In this document: one piece after another, positions 1-11,563 of the stretch
Numbering within the stretch: position 1 is the stretch's first letter
Layout of the letters: the number at the start of each line of letters is the position of its first letter
NCBI GenBank assembly: GCA_965203295.1
Contig: CBDBCZ010000017.1
Coordinates: 1,792,001-1,856,000, forward strand
Direction: 5' to 3'
Length of the DNA: 64,000 bases
Source: Nitrospirales bacterium
GTDB lineage: Bacteria; Nitrospirota; Nitrospiria; Nitrospirales; UBA8639
Made by a program: the position numbers and the translations under genes
The notes under the pieces: generated by a model
The model's database searches: none
The model's input: the letters and a program-made list of their open reading frames with translations, nothing else
What the model was told of the DNA's origin: nothing

Positions 1-1041
1 GACGCAACTTTCGGTGATCTTTCTTCATTATTGGGAAGCCCCACTACCGTTCTGCTGCACACCAACCTGATGCTGACTCACTTGGCAGCTTATCAACAGT
101 AAACATTTCACCAGTTTAATTTTTGCCATTTGAACTGACTGGTGAAATTTTACCACTGGTGAAAAGTTCCCGCTATACGATATTACATGAGTGAGAGGTT
201 AATATGGCTAGGTATTGTATGAGTGTGTAGGTATTATTCCAGGGCCAAAGGTAAGGGAAAAAATTGTGCACGAGTGCAATGATATATACTATCTCCAAAC
301 AGTGTGGTTTTGTTGACAAACTCACAGCCAAACAAAGCCACACCTACTGACATGAAGGACGATTGGCACACAGCTAAGCATAAACTAGGTCTCTCATAAA
401 CAACGGACCTTACCTTTAACCTCTTTTTTCTTTGGATGGCTCCTCTATACAGTTGAAGAATTCTTCTGCTAGCTTTTTTGTAGACTGGTATCTTCCACTG
501 CAGAGTTTTCTTCAAAAGCTCTTAAAACTTCACTGTGCTAGTCTATTGTAACATTGTGCACATGCTTCACCCACACAAAAGGCAATAACTGGTAGGCAAT
601 ATGGGGGAATATTACACATCTGGTCTATAAGAAAATACTGTTAGTACTGTTTGCCGTATATAAAGGAGAGTAATACTTCATGGTGGGGTGATTATAGCTC
701 TATTCAGGGTAGTAGGACATGTTTCATACGTACATGTGTAACTTTCCATTGCTACAGAGGTGTTACCTGACAAAAGTTAATGCATGATTCAATTGGCACA
801 AACTCATGAAATATCAGGCCCTTTACGGATCATCTCGCTGATTTCCTGGTACTTATTGTGGCCACATTCCGCTTTATGTGCTAAAATCTTTCGTGCAGTA
901 AGCAGTACCAAGAATTAATTTCTATACGTAGCAATATTGCTATCGTAAAGACAAACTTCAGTAAACAGTACCAGTCACTCACTGCATTTTATTTTTATTA
1001 CTTAATCATGCTCAATCTCTTAAATCCTTTTCTTCTCATAG

Positions 1042-1140
1042 AATGGACTCACTGCCTTGATGCTGGCCATCAGTTGGGATCATCTTGAAATTGCTTCAGA
1101 TCTAATCCAGGCTGGGGCAGATGTCAACATCCAGGATGAG
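1042..1140 (+). CDS. Ankyrin-repeat protein, internal exon (one ANK repeat); upstream exons not identified in window
   Basis: AG|exon|GT, 99 nt, phase 0-0; NGLTALMLAISWDHLEIASDLIQAGADVNIQDE fits ANK consensus. Confidence 0.9.
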
Positions 1141-2643
1141 GTATGTCATTGCCTGACTGCGTTTACATTAATGAGTTTATTATTCCATAGTATGCATTCG
1201 AAAAAGCAGTTCATGGAAAACTTTTAATACCACAGAAAGTAGTTAGCAAGATTGTAGTTATAAAATGGCAACAGGAAGCATGGCTCTTGGTGTATACTTC
1301 ATTTAGAGAGAACCTGGTCCTCATCTAAGATGTTTATACCTTTGAGGTTTGTATGTGTGCAGGAGGCTCTGCTGCCCTCTTTCTTTAGTAGTTTGGTCCC
1401 CTCTCCTCTCTCTGTAGCACTGTCTATGCTTGCTGTCCTCTCACTCTCTATAGCTAGCTGTAGACGGGTGTTAGCTACATCAGTGTAGAATTACTATTGA
1501 GGTACACACATGCAATACAGTATAACAGGTATAGGCAATGTATTTGTGGTATAATGACCATGCAGGAGGTGCATACATACAAATCTGCCATCAGCATCAC
1601 TAAATTCGGGCTTGCTAAGGCTCTCCCCAAATATGCTCAGTAAATGCCCCAAGTATGCTTGTGATCCTCTCAGTGTAAATCTACCTTCCGGAACTATTTT
1701 GCAATTCAAAGTCCATAGATGCATGAGTGGTGTATATTTTTCACAATTCCTGGTATGTTCGCAAAGTTAGACCTCTCCCCTATGAGGTCTGATGTAAGAC
1801 AGCATTAGCTTGCTATAGGCTAATTGTTGCTTAAGTGTGGAAAGTCATGGATGGTACAAGCATTTTGTCCACATCAGTATCGTCAAACTATAAGCACACA
1901 CATATCAGAATGTACAAGTACATTTATAATAAGGTAAACATAAAGCTTTGGTTTTGCCTTGTTACACTGTACAACTATCTGTAAGTCAATTTTCCTCATA
2001 TTTATGTCAGCACAATCCATGTACCCCTAAGCCAGAGCTACAATTTAGAGATGTTATAGCTTTAGAACTCATGTGTTTGCACGGTGAAATGTTTTATCAT
2101 CTTTTCCATTAAAATGATTCTTCAATTTCCAAAGTGTAATAGATAGACATACACAGTAGCAGGCAGCATTAGCTATAGTAGTAGCACACGTATACAGTGA
2201 CAATAAATATAAGTGCTTTTCCTGCTTCTGTCATGCTTTAGAGCCCCAGTTGCAATTGATTTAGCTCTAATTATTATTCTAAAGCCAAACCTCAACTGTT
2301 TACAGTGCTGTATTAACAAACGCTCGTCCTTCATTTTATGCGTCCTGTGCAGAGGTTTAAGTTTGATAGAACTTGTTAGCGCTATGTTAGCCGAATGCCT
2401 TGCAGTGACGTGTGACTGCAACAAAACACACCAGACCACATCACTTTTACTGTTGGTATTAAATTAGAGATGTTTGTCTAATTTTTACCATGCGGTGGCA
2501 TATGTGGCAAAGTGGACATAAACAGGCTTCTCCCGCTTTTGACAAATGCTAGTCAGCTTGGACATAATCATGTCTTCGACCTCTAATCTGGTCATATAGT
2601 ACAACTTGCAGTACACTGCATATGCAGTTATATACCTTTACAG

Positions 2644-2742
2644 GAGGGAAACAGTGCCTTGATGGTTTCTGCCTACAATGGTCACCCTGACATAGTTGAG
2701 AAGTTGATAAAGAAGGGTGCTGAGGTGAACATCCTAAATGAA
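2644..2742 (+). CDS. Ankyrin-repeat protein, internal exon
   Basis: CAG|..|GTAAGT, 99 nt; EGNSALMVSAYNGHPDIVEKLIKKGAEVNILNE. Confidence 0.92.
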
Positions 2743-3272
2743 GTAAGTATCATAGAACTGCAGTACCTCATATCACGACCACTTCAGTAGACTTTTATAC
2801 ATAGGTTGTGTGGCAGAAAGCAAGCCTGCAAAATTCAATAAAGCCAGTGTGCATGTGTATTACTACATGGCTTAGCAATATACTGCAGCTTGTAATGCGC
2901 TTGTAACTAATGATTGAAGTGACCATGCACCATCAACTTTATTGCAGCATTTTCATGTGCTGTATATACATCCCTTGAGCAATGCCAGTAAGGGCTTCAT
3001 CAATATATATTATATATACTTTTCGGGTGGTGATTTCCTGCTTATATTCAAAATTCTTATGGTTGATTTTTTTTTGCCTACCACAAACATTTGAGATATT
3101 GGGCATACAAAAGATAAGAACACACATAATAGCCCGTGAGCCGCAGCCGTAGTTGACTGCATATATTGTGGTCAAAATCTACTCAGTGTAACTACTGTAT
3201 TACCTGTAAATTGTTGTAAGATAAGAAGGTATTCATAAAGACACTAGTAAATACATGCCACCCTCCACGCAG

Positions 3273-3371
3273 GATGGCCTGACACCACTACAAGCAGCTA
3301 TCCAGAAGCACCACACTGAAGTGGTGAGAAAGCTATTGGATGCCAACGCAGACGTTGATACTGCAGAAAAG
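3273..3371 (+). CDS. Ankyrin-repeat protein, internal exon
   Basis: CAG|..|GT, 99 nt; DGLTPLQAAIQKHHTEVVRKLLDANADVDTAEK. Confidence 0.9.
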
Positions 3372-3635
3372 GTGTTCAGTTGTCTACTTTTATTTGCTAA
3401 TTAGCTCTTAATGACAGTATACACTGTTGGATATAGTATGTATATATTGGAAGTGAAGGGCTAGCTTACAATGCTTGGAAATATTCAAACTTGCAGAACG
3501 AGTCCATTGTTTACTTTGTTAACTAACTCTGCCAATTTTCTAGGGTCTGTCATTAGGTTCTAATTTATATTTTATATACTGCCATGCACATATCATTTAT
3601 GCACCCTTACTTTTTAGAATGTATATTTTTTCTAG

Positions 3636-3737
3636 GACACTGGGTGGACAGCATTGTTTTTTGCTGCAAAGGAAGGAGAAGCTGAGATTATACAGTTGCT
3701 GTTGCAAAGAGGTGCTGACTTGAGGACTGTTGATAAG
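3636..3737 (+). CDS. Ankyrin-repeat protein, internal exon
   Basis: TAG|..|GTA, 102 nt; DTGWTALFFAAKEGEAEIIQLLLQRGADLRTVDK. Confidence 0.92.
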
Positions 3738-4277
3738 GTAAAACTTTATAGCAATGCACCAGGCTTGGCAAGTGTTACAGGATTGTATCTCTCAATCAAA
3801 TGGTCATGCCAGATTCTGGATAAGCTTTGCCTCTCTTCATGCATCATTGCTGATCTGAACAACTATATGCTGCCTCAAACACCACAAAGCTTCCACTGAT
3901 TACAACCACACAGACACACAATAAAGCTGTCAGGGAATATATAGCGAGATCTTGTCACTTCAGCACAGAGTGTAGGCTACACAACTGAGTAGAGAGGTTG
4001 GGTGTCAAACCTCACTCAATTTACCAGACTCGACAAGCTTGTAAATGTACAGCCACATCAATATGGGAGGAACGTATTCACAGACAAAACTGCCACAAAC
4101 AGTACTGATCATCCAAAGTTTTCACCCTATTTTGCTAGTTTGTTTGTTTTTGTACAATTAGCTTCCCAAATACATTATCAAAATCAACCCTTAGTTTTTG
4201 AAGTCTAGTGTGATCAGCTAAATCGTATATTGTGCCATATATAGCTGGTGTGTAATGATAGTGATTCATTTTTGCAG

Positions 4278-4490
4278 GAAAATGTGACAGCACTAGAGGT
4301 TGCTCAGGCCCAAGGTCATGAGGAAGCATGCCGAGTACTTCGTGATCACCTTAAAAGTCAGCAGTCTCTGCAGACTACAAAGGTCAGTGCAGAAGACACA
4401 GGCAAGCCTCTTGAAAGTCAGCAATCACTGGAGACTGAAGAATACAGTGCTGGAGATACAGACAAGCCTACTGAAAGTCATAGACAAAAG
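4278..4490 (+). CDS. Ankyrin-repeat protein, exon with terminal ANK repeat plus a 20-aa tandem repeat
   Basis: CAG|..|GTA, 213 nt, phase 0; ENVTALEVAQAQGHEEACRVL then LKSQQSLQTTKVSAEDTGKP / LESQQSLETEEYSAGDTDKP. Confidence 0.8.
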
Positions 4491-5115
4491 GTATATTATG
4501 TATTCTGTTGGTTAGACAGTGTCTTGAACTAGACAATGTCGCTACTCAGGGCTGTGAAGGCAAGCTCACTGCATGCACCCTTAATTGAAATAATGCACAC
4601 CACTGCATGGTTGCCATAGCTCTACAGCAAATTGTAACTGTATACCAGCAGTTATGTTAGGCACAACACACTTTATAATTGCCGCAATTAGAGTGGGTGC
4701 TAAATGAGTCATCATTACCTGTTACTCCGCCCGGTTTAGCCGCATGGACACAAGCAATGACCACCTGATATTAACGACCTGAGGTTTATAGCTTTTATGG
4801 AAGGTCAAGCCTCTTTAGTCAGAGGAAGAAATTGTCCTATTCGAATTGTCTGGAACTGCTCTTTTCAAATCCGGGTGGAAGTTTGGTACCACAGGTAAGG
4901 TCAGTGACTGACAGATGCAGAAGTATCGTAAATATTGTTAAAAATGCCGTTTTACATGCTACTTATTGAGTCTATGCATCGTAGTTTACTAGCAGTGCAT
5001 ATGGTCCAGCCGGATATGTTTGAAGCAGACGAAGAGCTTTCCAGCAATACTAAAAACGTGTAGATTCGGTAGACTTTAACCGTCCGCATTCGATAGTGTT
5101 TGCGTTTTGATAGGT

Positions 5116-5659
5116 TACCGTAATGCTACAATATTTTGCGTGTGAGAAACCTTTGCGATTTTGCCATTTTGCGGCTAATTCAAGTACTTTGCGATCTTAT
5201 CTTTGCGATTGTGGCGGCGGCATTTCCATTTTCGGCCAATCTCGGCTGAAGTGGGTATGTACCTAATGCTTCTTGGCCTTCTGTTGGCTGGCTTGCTTCT
5301 CCAATGCACGCTTCACACTCTCGTTCACTTCGCGAGTTGCCACCGCTCCGATTGCAGTGTCCTCGCGGCTGGGGCTCGTAGTAAAATCGAGTAAAATACT
5401 GCCGAATACTCATCTTGAAATAGGCCTAGCTGCTGCTGTAGAAGTATGAACTTTACCTGCCACCTTCGCTGTTGTTTAAGGCCATCCACTAGGCCTACTG
5501 CTGCTTCTCCTGGGACAGCTATTTATTCGATGTTCGTTAACCGCACCCACTAAAAACCACGCCCACAAATCATGTTTGCGATCTTATATTTGCGATGCTG
5601 TAAGGACTTGCAAAATTCGCAAAAGTAAAGTTCACGCAAAGTATTGTAGCATTACGGTA
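5116..5659 (-). mobile_element. Non-autonomous Tc1/mariner-pogo-like DNA transposon (internal deletion derivative) in ankyrin intron
   Basis: 27-bp inverted termini TA-CCGTAATGCTACAATA.TTTGCGTG (1 mismatch), TA at both ends; minus-strand remnant MSIRQYF...AENGNAAA resembles a pogo-type N-terminal DNA-binding region. Confidence 0.8.
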
Positions 5660-5827
5660 CTTTGTTACGTGTTTACATGAAGGGGCAGGGCATTACCATG
5701 GAATCAAATGTATCAACACAAGCCACAAAGATGGTGCTGTGTAAACATAATGTGCCCAACATAGACACTCCAGTAGGGAGAAATAGTTTAAAAGATATTT
5801 AACACAAACATTGAGGTGCATTAGGAT

Positions 5828-6546
5828 GCAAGTGGTCCAGTTTTGGCTGGACCAGTTTTCGCGATAAGTGTATACACGTTTTCAGGATTGCGCATGCACA
5901 GAAGTATACGTCTACGTACGTACGTAACACGTACTGTACATGTAAGCGATAGTTATTATTAGTACACGTGGTGCAGCTAGCTATATCTGTAACAGGAAAA
6001 AATAAGCGACAATTGGGGTGGATCGAAGAGAAAAGTCCCCATGCTTCATTTTGATGCCGGACTGAAATGTTTTTGGTGCACAGAAACCGTGAACAACAGT
6101 GGAGAAAACAGAAGGCAGCTAAACGTATAGCACGTACAAGAGCGATAGAGTCATCATGACAGTTATATAAACAAGCTAATACTACGGAAAAAAAACTTGC
6201 AGTAGGTTTAAGTTGCTTGTAGAATAATAAACGGGTTCATATAGGAAGCCTGGGGCTGAATAGCGTGCGCTTTCATCGGCTTTTGGGGCTTATTAGTCGG
6301 TTCCATTGTTAGATCACCGTTGTAGCATTTATTTTTATAAGTATTAAAAGGGCATAGCTCATTTGCACCGAGAAGGCCTCAGAACGCACCTCAAAGAACC
6401 TAAAATCTAAAAGTTTTGGAGGGAGCATGCCCCCAGACCCCCCTACGGAGGGTGGCCTAACGACCACCCAATATGCGCAAATCATCGATTTGAAGGTCTA
6501 CGCGCTCCTTGGCCGGACCACTTCAAAACTGCTTGCTACGGGCCTG
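5828..6546 (+). mobile_element. hAT-like MITE, 5'-truncated copy of the element at 43836-44704
   Basis: Colinear similarity to 43836-44704; right end CTTGCTACGGGCCTG; internal GGGAGCATGCCCCCAGACCCCCC motif. Confidence 0.7.
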
Positions 6547-6623
6547 AAGGGGTATCTTACAATACTAATGTGCATTAACAAACCTTCTGCATGATAATAC
6601 ACAATGACATTCTCAACTTACAG

Positions 6624-6821
6624 GTACTAAAAAAACGAATTAGCAGAGCCAACAACTACCTGAAGATCCTGTTTAAACGGCTGGAGGAGAACCTACTGCC
6701 TTCCAAGAATGAGAAAGCCAGAGCATTAAGAGAGTTCCAGTTATTTTCATCCCCTCATCGTCAACCCAGCAGACGTGTTAAGAAAGAAAAGCAACTAGCA
6801 GACAAAAGATCCACTAAATAG
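6624..6821 (+). CDS. Probable last coding exon of the ankyrin-repeat gene (basic tail)
   Basis: CAG acceptor at 6621-6623, phase 0 compatible with the previous donor, open to TAG: VLKKRISRANNYLK...DKRSTK*; AT-rich sequence follows. Confidence 0.6.
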   Translation, partial: VLKKRISRANNYLKILFKRLEENLLPSKNEKARALREFQLFSSPHRQPSRRVKKEKQLADKRSTK

Positions 6822-7040
6822 TTTATGTATAGCAACAAGGCATGCATAGTGGATGTACACTGGTTTTTTCTTTAAGGTTTGTATCATCAGCAAAATAATT
6901 GGTTAATATACAATGTCAAGTATCCTACTGATTACTTGTGATTTTGTGTTGCATGCATACTGTATAATTTATAGTCAACATGACATTGTATATACTAAAC
7001 TCAGATTTAGATGCAAGATCAGTTTATGGAAACATCATTA

Positions 7041-7470
7041 TTGGGGCGAGCGTGAGCGAGCCCCCCCTTAGTACAGTGTACAGCTGTGCGTCCGTCCGTG
7101 CATGGTCTTCCGTAAAGTCGTTGGCATGCCTATTTCAACGACTGTTGTCACGCGTTTCAAAATTGTCACGTGTTTCAGCGGTAATTTATCGTCTACGACA
7201 CGTGCGAGAGAATGAGTGACTTGCGTAGACAGCAGAGATTGGAACGGCGCAGACAGCGCTACAGAGAAAGGAGAGGGGCCGAAACCCCCGCGGAGAAGGA
7301 GAGAAGGCTACAGAACGAACGAGCACGGCGAAGGCGGAGGCTCATTGCTGCTACTGCGTACCTAACATAACATGGTGCTGTCATGATAAATTTGGACCCC
7401 CCCCAGAATTGTTCCCCCCGGTCCAAATACCTGCTCACGCTCGCCCCCAGTGCACACTGTGCATCACTAG
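7041..7470 (+). mobile_element. Non-autonomous Helitron/Helentron-like element (family H1)
   Basis: 5' TTGGGGCGAGCGTGAGC, 3' subterminal inverted copy GCTCACGCTCGCCCC, hairpin TGCACACTGTGCA, CTAG end, A|T insertion; internal ORF 7212-7370 with RLERRRQRYRERRGAETPAEKERRL (STPR-like). Confidence 0.75.
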
Positions 7471-7682
7471 TAATTATATACCGATAATACTGTGGAAATA
7501 AGTATATTATACAGTCTTGCAGTTAGGAAGTTATAGTGCTGAACATACATGGCATGCCACCATAATAACATTATGGAAGTGTAACCAATGCATGGAGATA
7601 TAATAATAAAAGACAATAGGCCTACTACATGTACAAACAGGCACAAACTATACACTGTAGATAAAATCTCCCCCCATAAACA

Positions 7683-8033
7683 TAGTCTCGTTCCCAGCCC
7701 CACAATCAAGGCTAAGGATCGCTTACAATACAAGTCTCGCGTAGCCAGACTCTCGACGGGAAAGTTAGAGTCTGGTACAGACGCCGCAGTGGAACCGTCA
7801 ATCTGGAATGCAGACGTTGCGACATGACGACACAAGCAGACAATCAACGAAAGAGATCCGGCAGTGAACCTGCTATCTGATTGGTCAGACTAGTCTCGCT
7901 ATACGATTAGTGAACAATTATCGAGTCCGCCTGCATTCCAGCGGAGCGGTGTGAAGCAGTAAGTCAATGCGCCAGACCCACTTTCGTGGCGGGATACTGT
8001 AAGCGATTGATTGTGGGGCTGGGAACGAGACTA
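7683..8033. mobile_element. MITE with TAG...CTA termini and 9-bp TSD (Academ/AcademH-like)
   Basis: Perfect 27-bp TIR TAGTCTCGTTCCCAGCCCCACAATCAA; flanked by CCATAAACA at 7674-7682 and 8034-8042. Confidence 0.85.
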
Positions 8034-8754
8034 CCATAAACACGCGCAAAACAAAAACAACAGCTGACGTAAATCAGCTACACAAATTGATTGAGGAGTA
8101 CACTTTCAGACACTGGTTTCCGGATAGTCTGAGGGGGGCTCGAGGCTCCACTAACAGAACTGATAAGCATCATACCAACTTTGCTTGCAATACCTGCAGA
8201 GCAGAACTATTCCCATTCCTGCTGTGTACGGACGTCACACGATATTTCTCTGATATGATTATCGAACACGTGGAGAGAACGGCTCGACGCTCGCTACAAG
8301 GTGAAATTCTGGAGGATGTTTGAGCAGGGGAAAGTTACTGTCCGACCGCTGTGGGAATGACACAGGTAGGAAGTAGTTTTCCTCTTTTTTTTCAAAAAAC
8401 TACGGCCACACGAGCAAATAACTAAAAACGGCCGTTTGTTGTTCGCTCTTGCGGGGAAAGTCTGACTGGGATTCTGGAAACAGCGCTGAAGTTACAGAGG
8501 TTTACAAAAAGCTTGCAACAGACTGTAGAGTAGAAACCCACAAAGTACTTGGTAATAAGTCTTTCATCTAGAGTGTAGTAAATTTAAACCCTATTAGCGT
8601 TTATATTTTTGGTTTGCTAGTCCTTGCAAGCATTAAAATTTTTATAAAACTCTGTACCTACAGTATGTGTAGCTAATTGCTCTACATGATGGCAACCTCA
8701 GTAGTGTTCAGTCTACTGGAAAAATAATAACTACTATTCTTGTTTCGGCCTCAG

Positions 8755-8847
8755 GATGTGAAACCCGACAGCATTCTGGCAGAAGTGTCTGCTGAGCTCA
8801 TGACTGCCATGGCTACCTGGAGGGCACCCTGAACTGGATGTGCTATG
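8755..8847 (+). pseudogene. Degenerate p38 MAPK-like exon, copy 1
   Basis: CAG|DVKPDSILAEVSAELMTAMATWRAP, frameshift, LNWMCY|GTTAGT; shares flanks with other copies. Confidence 0.65.
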
Positions 8848-9020
8848 GTTAGTGTCTTGATAGAGGGGGTCAGCAGGGTGGGCCTTTGTTAGATCTCATT
8901 AGTGGCCAGTCAAACATGCTAGTTGTGAGTAGTGTAACAGTGGGTTGTCTGGCAAGTTGGCAGCATTCCTCAGGCTAAGTGTAATTTTACATGCTAGCTG
9001 AACACATTGTCTCACTTTAG

Positions 9021-9149
9021 TCTAGTTGAGTGTTGTATTTAGTTTTGACTGCCTGTTTTTCTTGTATAGTCAGATCCAGAGGAGTCTAGTAGAGTGTTGT
9101 ATTTTAGTTTTGACTGCCTGTTTTTCTTGTATAGTCAGATCCAGAGGAG
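9021..9149. repeat. Two-copy ~64-bp tandem duplication
   Basis: GAGTGTTGTATTT(T)AGTTTTGACTGCCTGTTTTTCTTGTATAGTCAGATCCAGAGGAG twice. Confidence 0.9.
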
Positions 9150-9642
9150 GTGTGTCAAGGTTTGAATTATGCATTTCGTCATGCACTAGCGTGCACGATT
9201 AATTGCGTTCTTTTAGCTATTACGCATGCGTACAAGTGCAGTTGGCAGCTAAAACCTCGATTTTCTCACTATTTTGCCGGGGGCTCAGAGGGGCTCAGCC
9301 GCTCAAAAGGCTTACTTATTGAAGGCAAAAATCATGAACTGCAAGAGTATATCAGTGAGCCACTCGCCAGAACTACGGTAGATGCCTTCAATGTTGGTAG
9401 AAAGTATTGACTGCTGATTTATGGCAGTCATTAGCTGGAATACCTCTCGAAAAAGTAACGCACAAACGCACAGATCCTCTCTTCCAAGTAAAATAGCTCG
9501 ATATACCTACCGGTCATGTGACTAGTTGCCTCTTAGCACGTGATGTTGACGTACCTCCTCTGAGTCAGATCTGCCCATAGGCATTATAGCTGCAAGAGAT
9601 AATGACCAATCACATTATCAAGCCTGCTGAGTGATATAACAA

Positions 9643-10196
9643 TACCGTAGATTGGGAAATTTTTGTTGTTAAAAATTTTCGTGTTGTTCCAAACCACGAA
9701 AATTTATTGCGCGAAAATAAATTTACAACGAATAATAACTGCCACGATTATTACAGTAAATAAAATTTTCGCACTCTACAAGCACTTTTATGAAAGCTGC
9801 ATTGCGAAATCAGAGATGGCTCTTCTAAAGTACCTGAAACTGAGAGATGGCTTACCGGATCCAAGAGGCTCACTCTCATCCTCGATGCCTTTACAGGCAA
9901 TTGCTCAGGCAAATTGTGAAGTACAGGAAGCTATTCGTAGCTACAGCGAGAAACGCCGGGGATCGTACAAGAAGTACAGCCCGACTGCTCGTGCAGAAAT
10001 CGCCAAGTACGCTTGCCATCACGGCGTAGCTGCTGCAGCCCATCCGCATTCGTCCATCTTTCTGGTCACGTTTTTGTATAATAAACTTGGTGACCGGTGT
10101 TAAAGTTTCATGGTTGCCCCCTGACAACGGAAAAATTTTAACGCGTAATTTTTGCGTGCGAAAAATACTACCACGAAAATTTCCCGATCTACGGTA
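9643..10196 (+). mobile_element. Non-autonomous pogo-like DNA transposon with transposase N-terminal remnant
   Basis: TIR TA-CCGTAGAT(T/C)GGGAAATTTT; ORF from 9816 MALLKYLK..GLPDPRGSLSS..KRRGSYKKYSPTARAEIAKYACHHGVAAAA, truncated; empty site in paralogous segment near 13480. Confidence 0.85.
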
Positions 10197-11495
10197 TTCA
10201 TTGGCAAACAGTAGTTTCTACTGCTTCAAGGCCATTGCTAGTGCCTGCTATGAGGTATATCAGCACAATTTTCTCGGGGCCTCAAAAAGTCACCAAGTTT
10301 TCCCTTGTGACCCACCACCATATCAGTGTGTTCACATTTCAATCTCATCAGTGCTTCATTTTCCATACAATAAACTGAGTGTGTGTTGTTACCACATCAG
10401 CTGACTTCAGACTGATACACTATACTTGCTAGCAGAAATTTACGAGTGGCGACATTTCCAATGATGTGTCAGTGATTGTATGTAAGAATCTTTTTGGTTT
10501 GAACAGAAAATCACCCAGTACTTGTAATTAATTAAAACCCTTTGAGCACTGTACTGTACATATTCATTACTTCCGCGTCACGTGAAACCCAACTTGATTA
10601 TTGTCTTGATTATGGGGCCCATTTTCCTAGAATTGGCGCTAGAGCAGCACCTCTCGCCACTGCCGCTGGAAGGTTCATCTACTTTCCATATGTTTCCCAG
10701 AAGTTTAGACCTTAACTCGCATGTTTGCGTGGATATCACGCTAGAAGCGTGGAGGACTCAGAAATGGCTACTTTGGCCCCCATCTCTGAAAGTGCTGATA
10801 GTTAAGGAGACTTCTTGCAGTTCAAAGGACCTTACCTTGGTGAGAATCCATTGGCGGTGGTTTGGGACCTTAACTATAATGCTTGTGGAAATGGCAGGCT
10901 TCAAGTCACTCTTGGACCCAGAGTTGTTTACCTCCACCTCTGGTCACATGACTGTCACCTGATGTTGTTTACGCCTGTCAGCCTTGTGCAGAATTAGCTG
11001 GAGATCATGAAAATGTGTTTATATTTCTTGTAGCACCTGTAGTTTTGGAGATATGAGTCTGTAAAGTGATAAATGCACTTTTTGCTCTTTTTGTGTGGTC
11101 CACTGTAGGGTTTTTGATCGATTGACAAAGACCGTAGGGTTATCCCCTAAAACGTCATACGTGCTATTAAATTGGAAGGGACTTACCCATAGCACTTATT
11201 ATGGCAAGCATATATACGCTCGGCGCAATACGTGGTATAGATTTTTGAGCGTATATATATAATATACGCTTGCTGTGTTCAAAGGGTTACCCTGTCCAAC
11301 TCAATTCATCCTTGCTATATATGTACATGATTCCGTGTAGCAATAGGCAGTTTGGACAGTCTATGAGCTCAACGCAAAGTTGAGGCCTGAATGTGGAGCT
11401 GCCTCCACGTGGCTCAATCAGCAGCACTACTAGCTAACTGCATACAAAATGTTCCATACAAAACACATAGAGACACTTTTCTTTTTATCTATATA

Positions 11496-11563
11496 GAGCG
11501 AGCGAAGAGAGCGAGTTCAACACGCCCAAGTAGTTGTGCGAGTGAAGCAAGCACAACTACTTG
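11496..11563 (+). mobile_element. Isolated 3' end of Helitron-like family H2
   Basis: GAGCGAGCG..GAGCGAGTTCAA followed by hairpin CAAGTAGTTGTGC...GCACAACTACTTG, as at 14735-14801 and 34154-34221. Confidence 0.65.

Noticed and set aside
8250..8365. Possible diverged first exon of the p38 copies (LDARYKV..|GTAGG)
   Set aside because: No recognisable Gly-rich loop; similarity too weak
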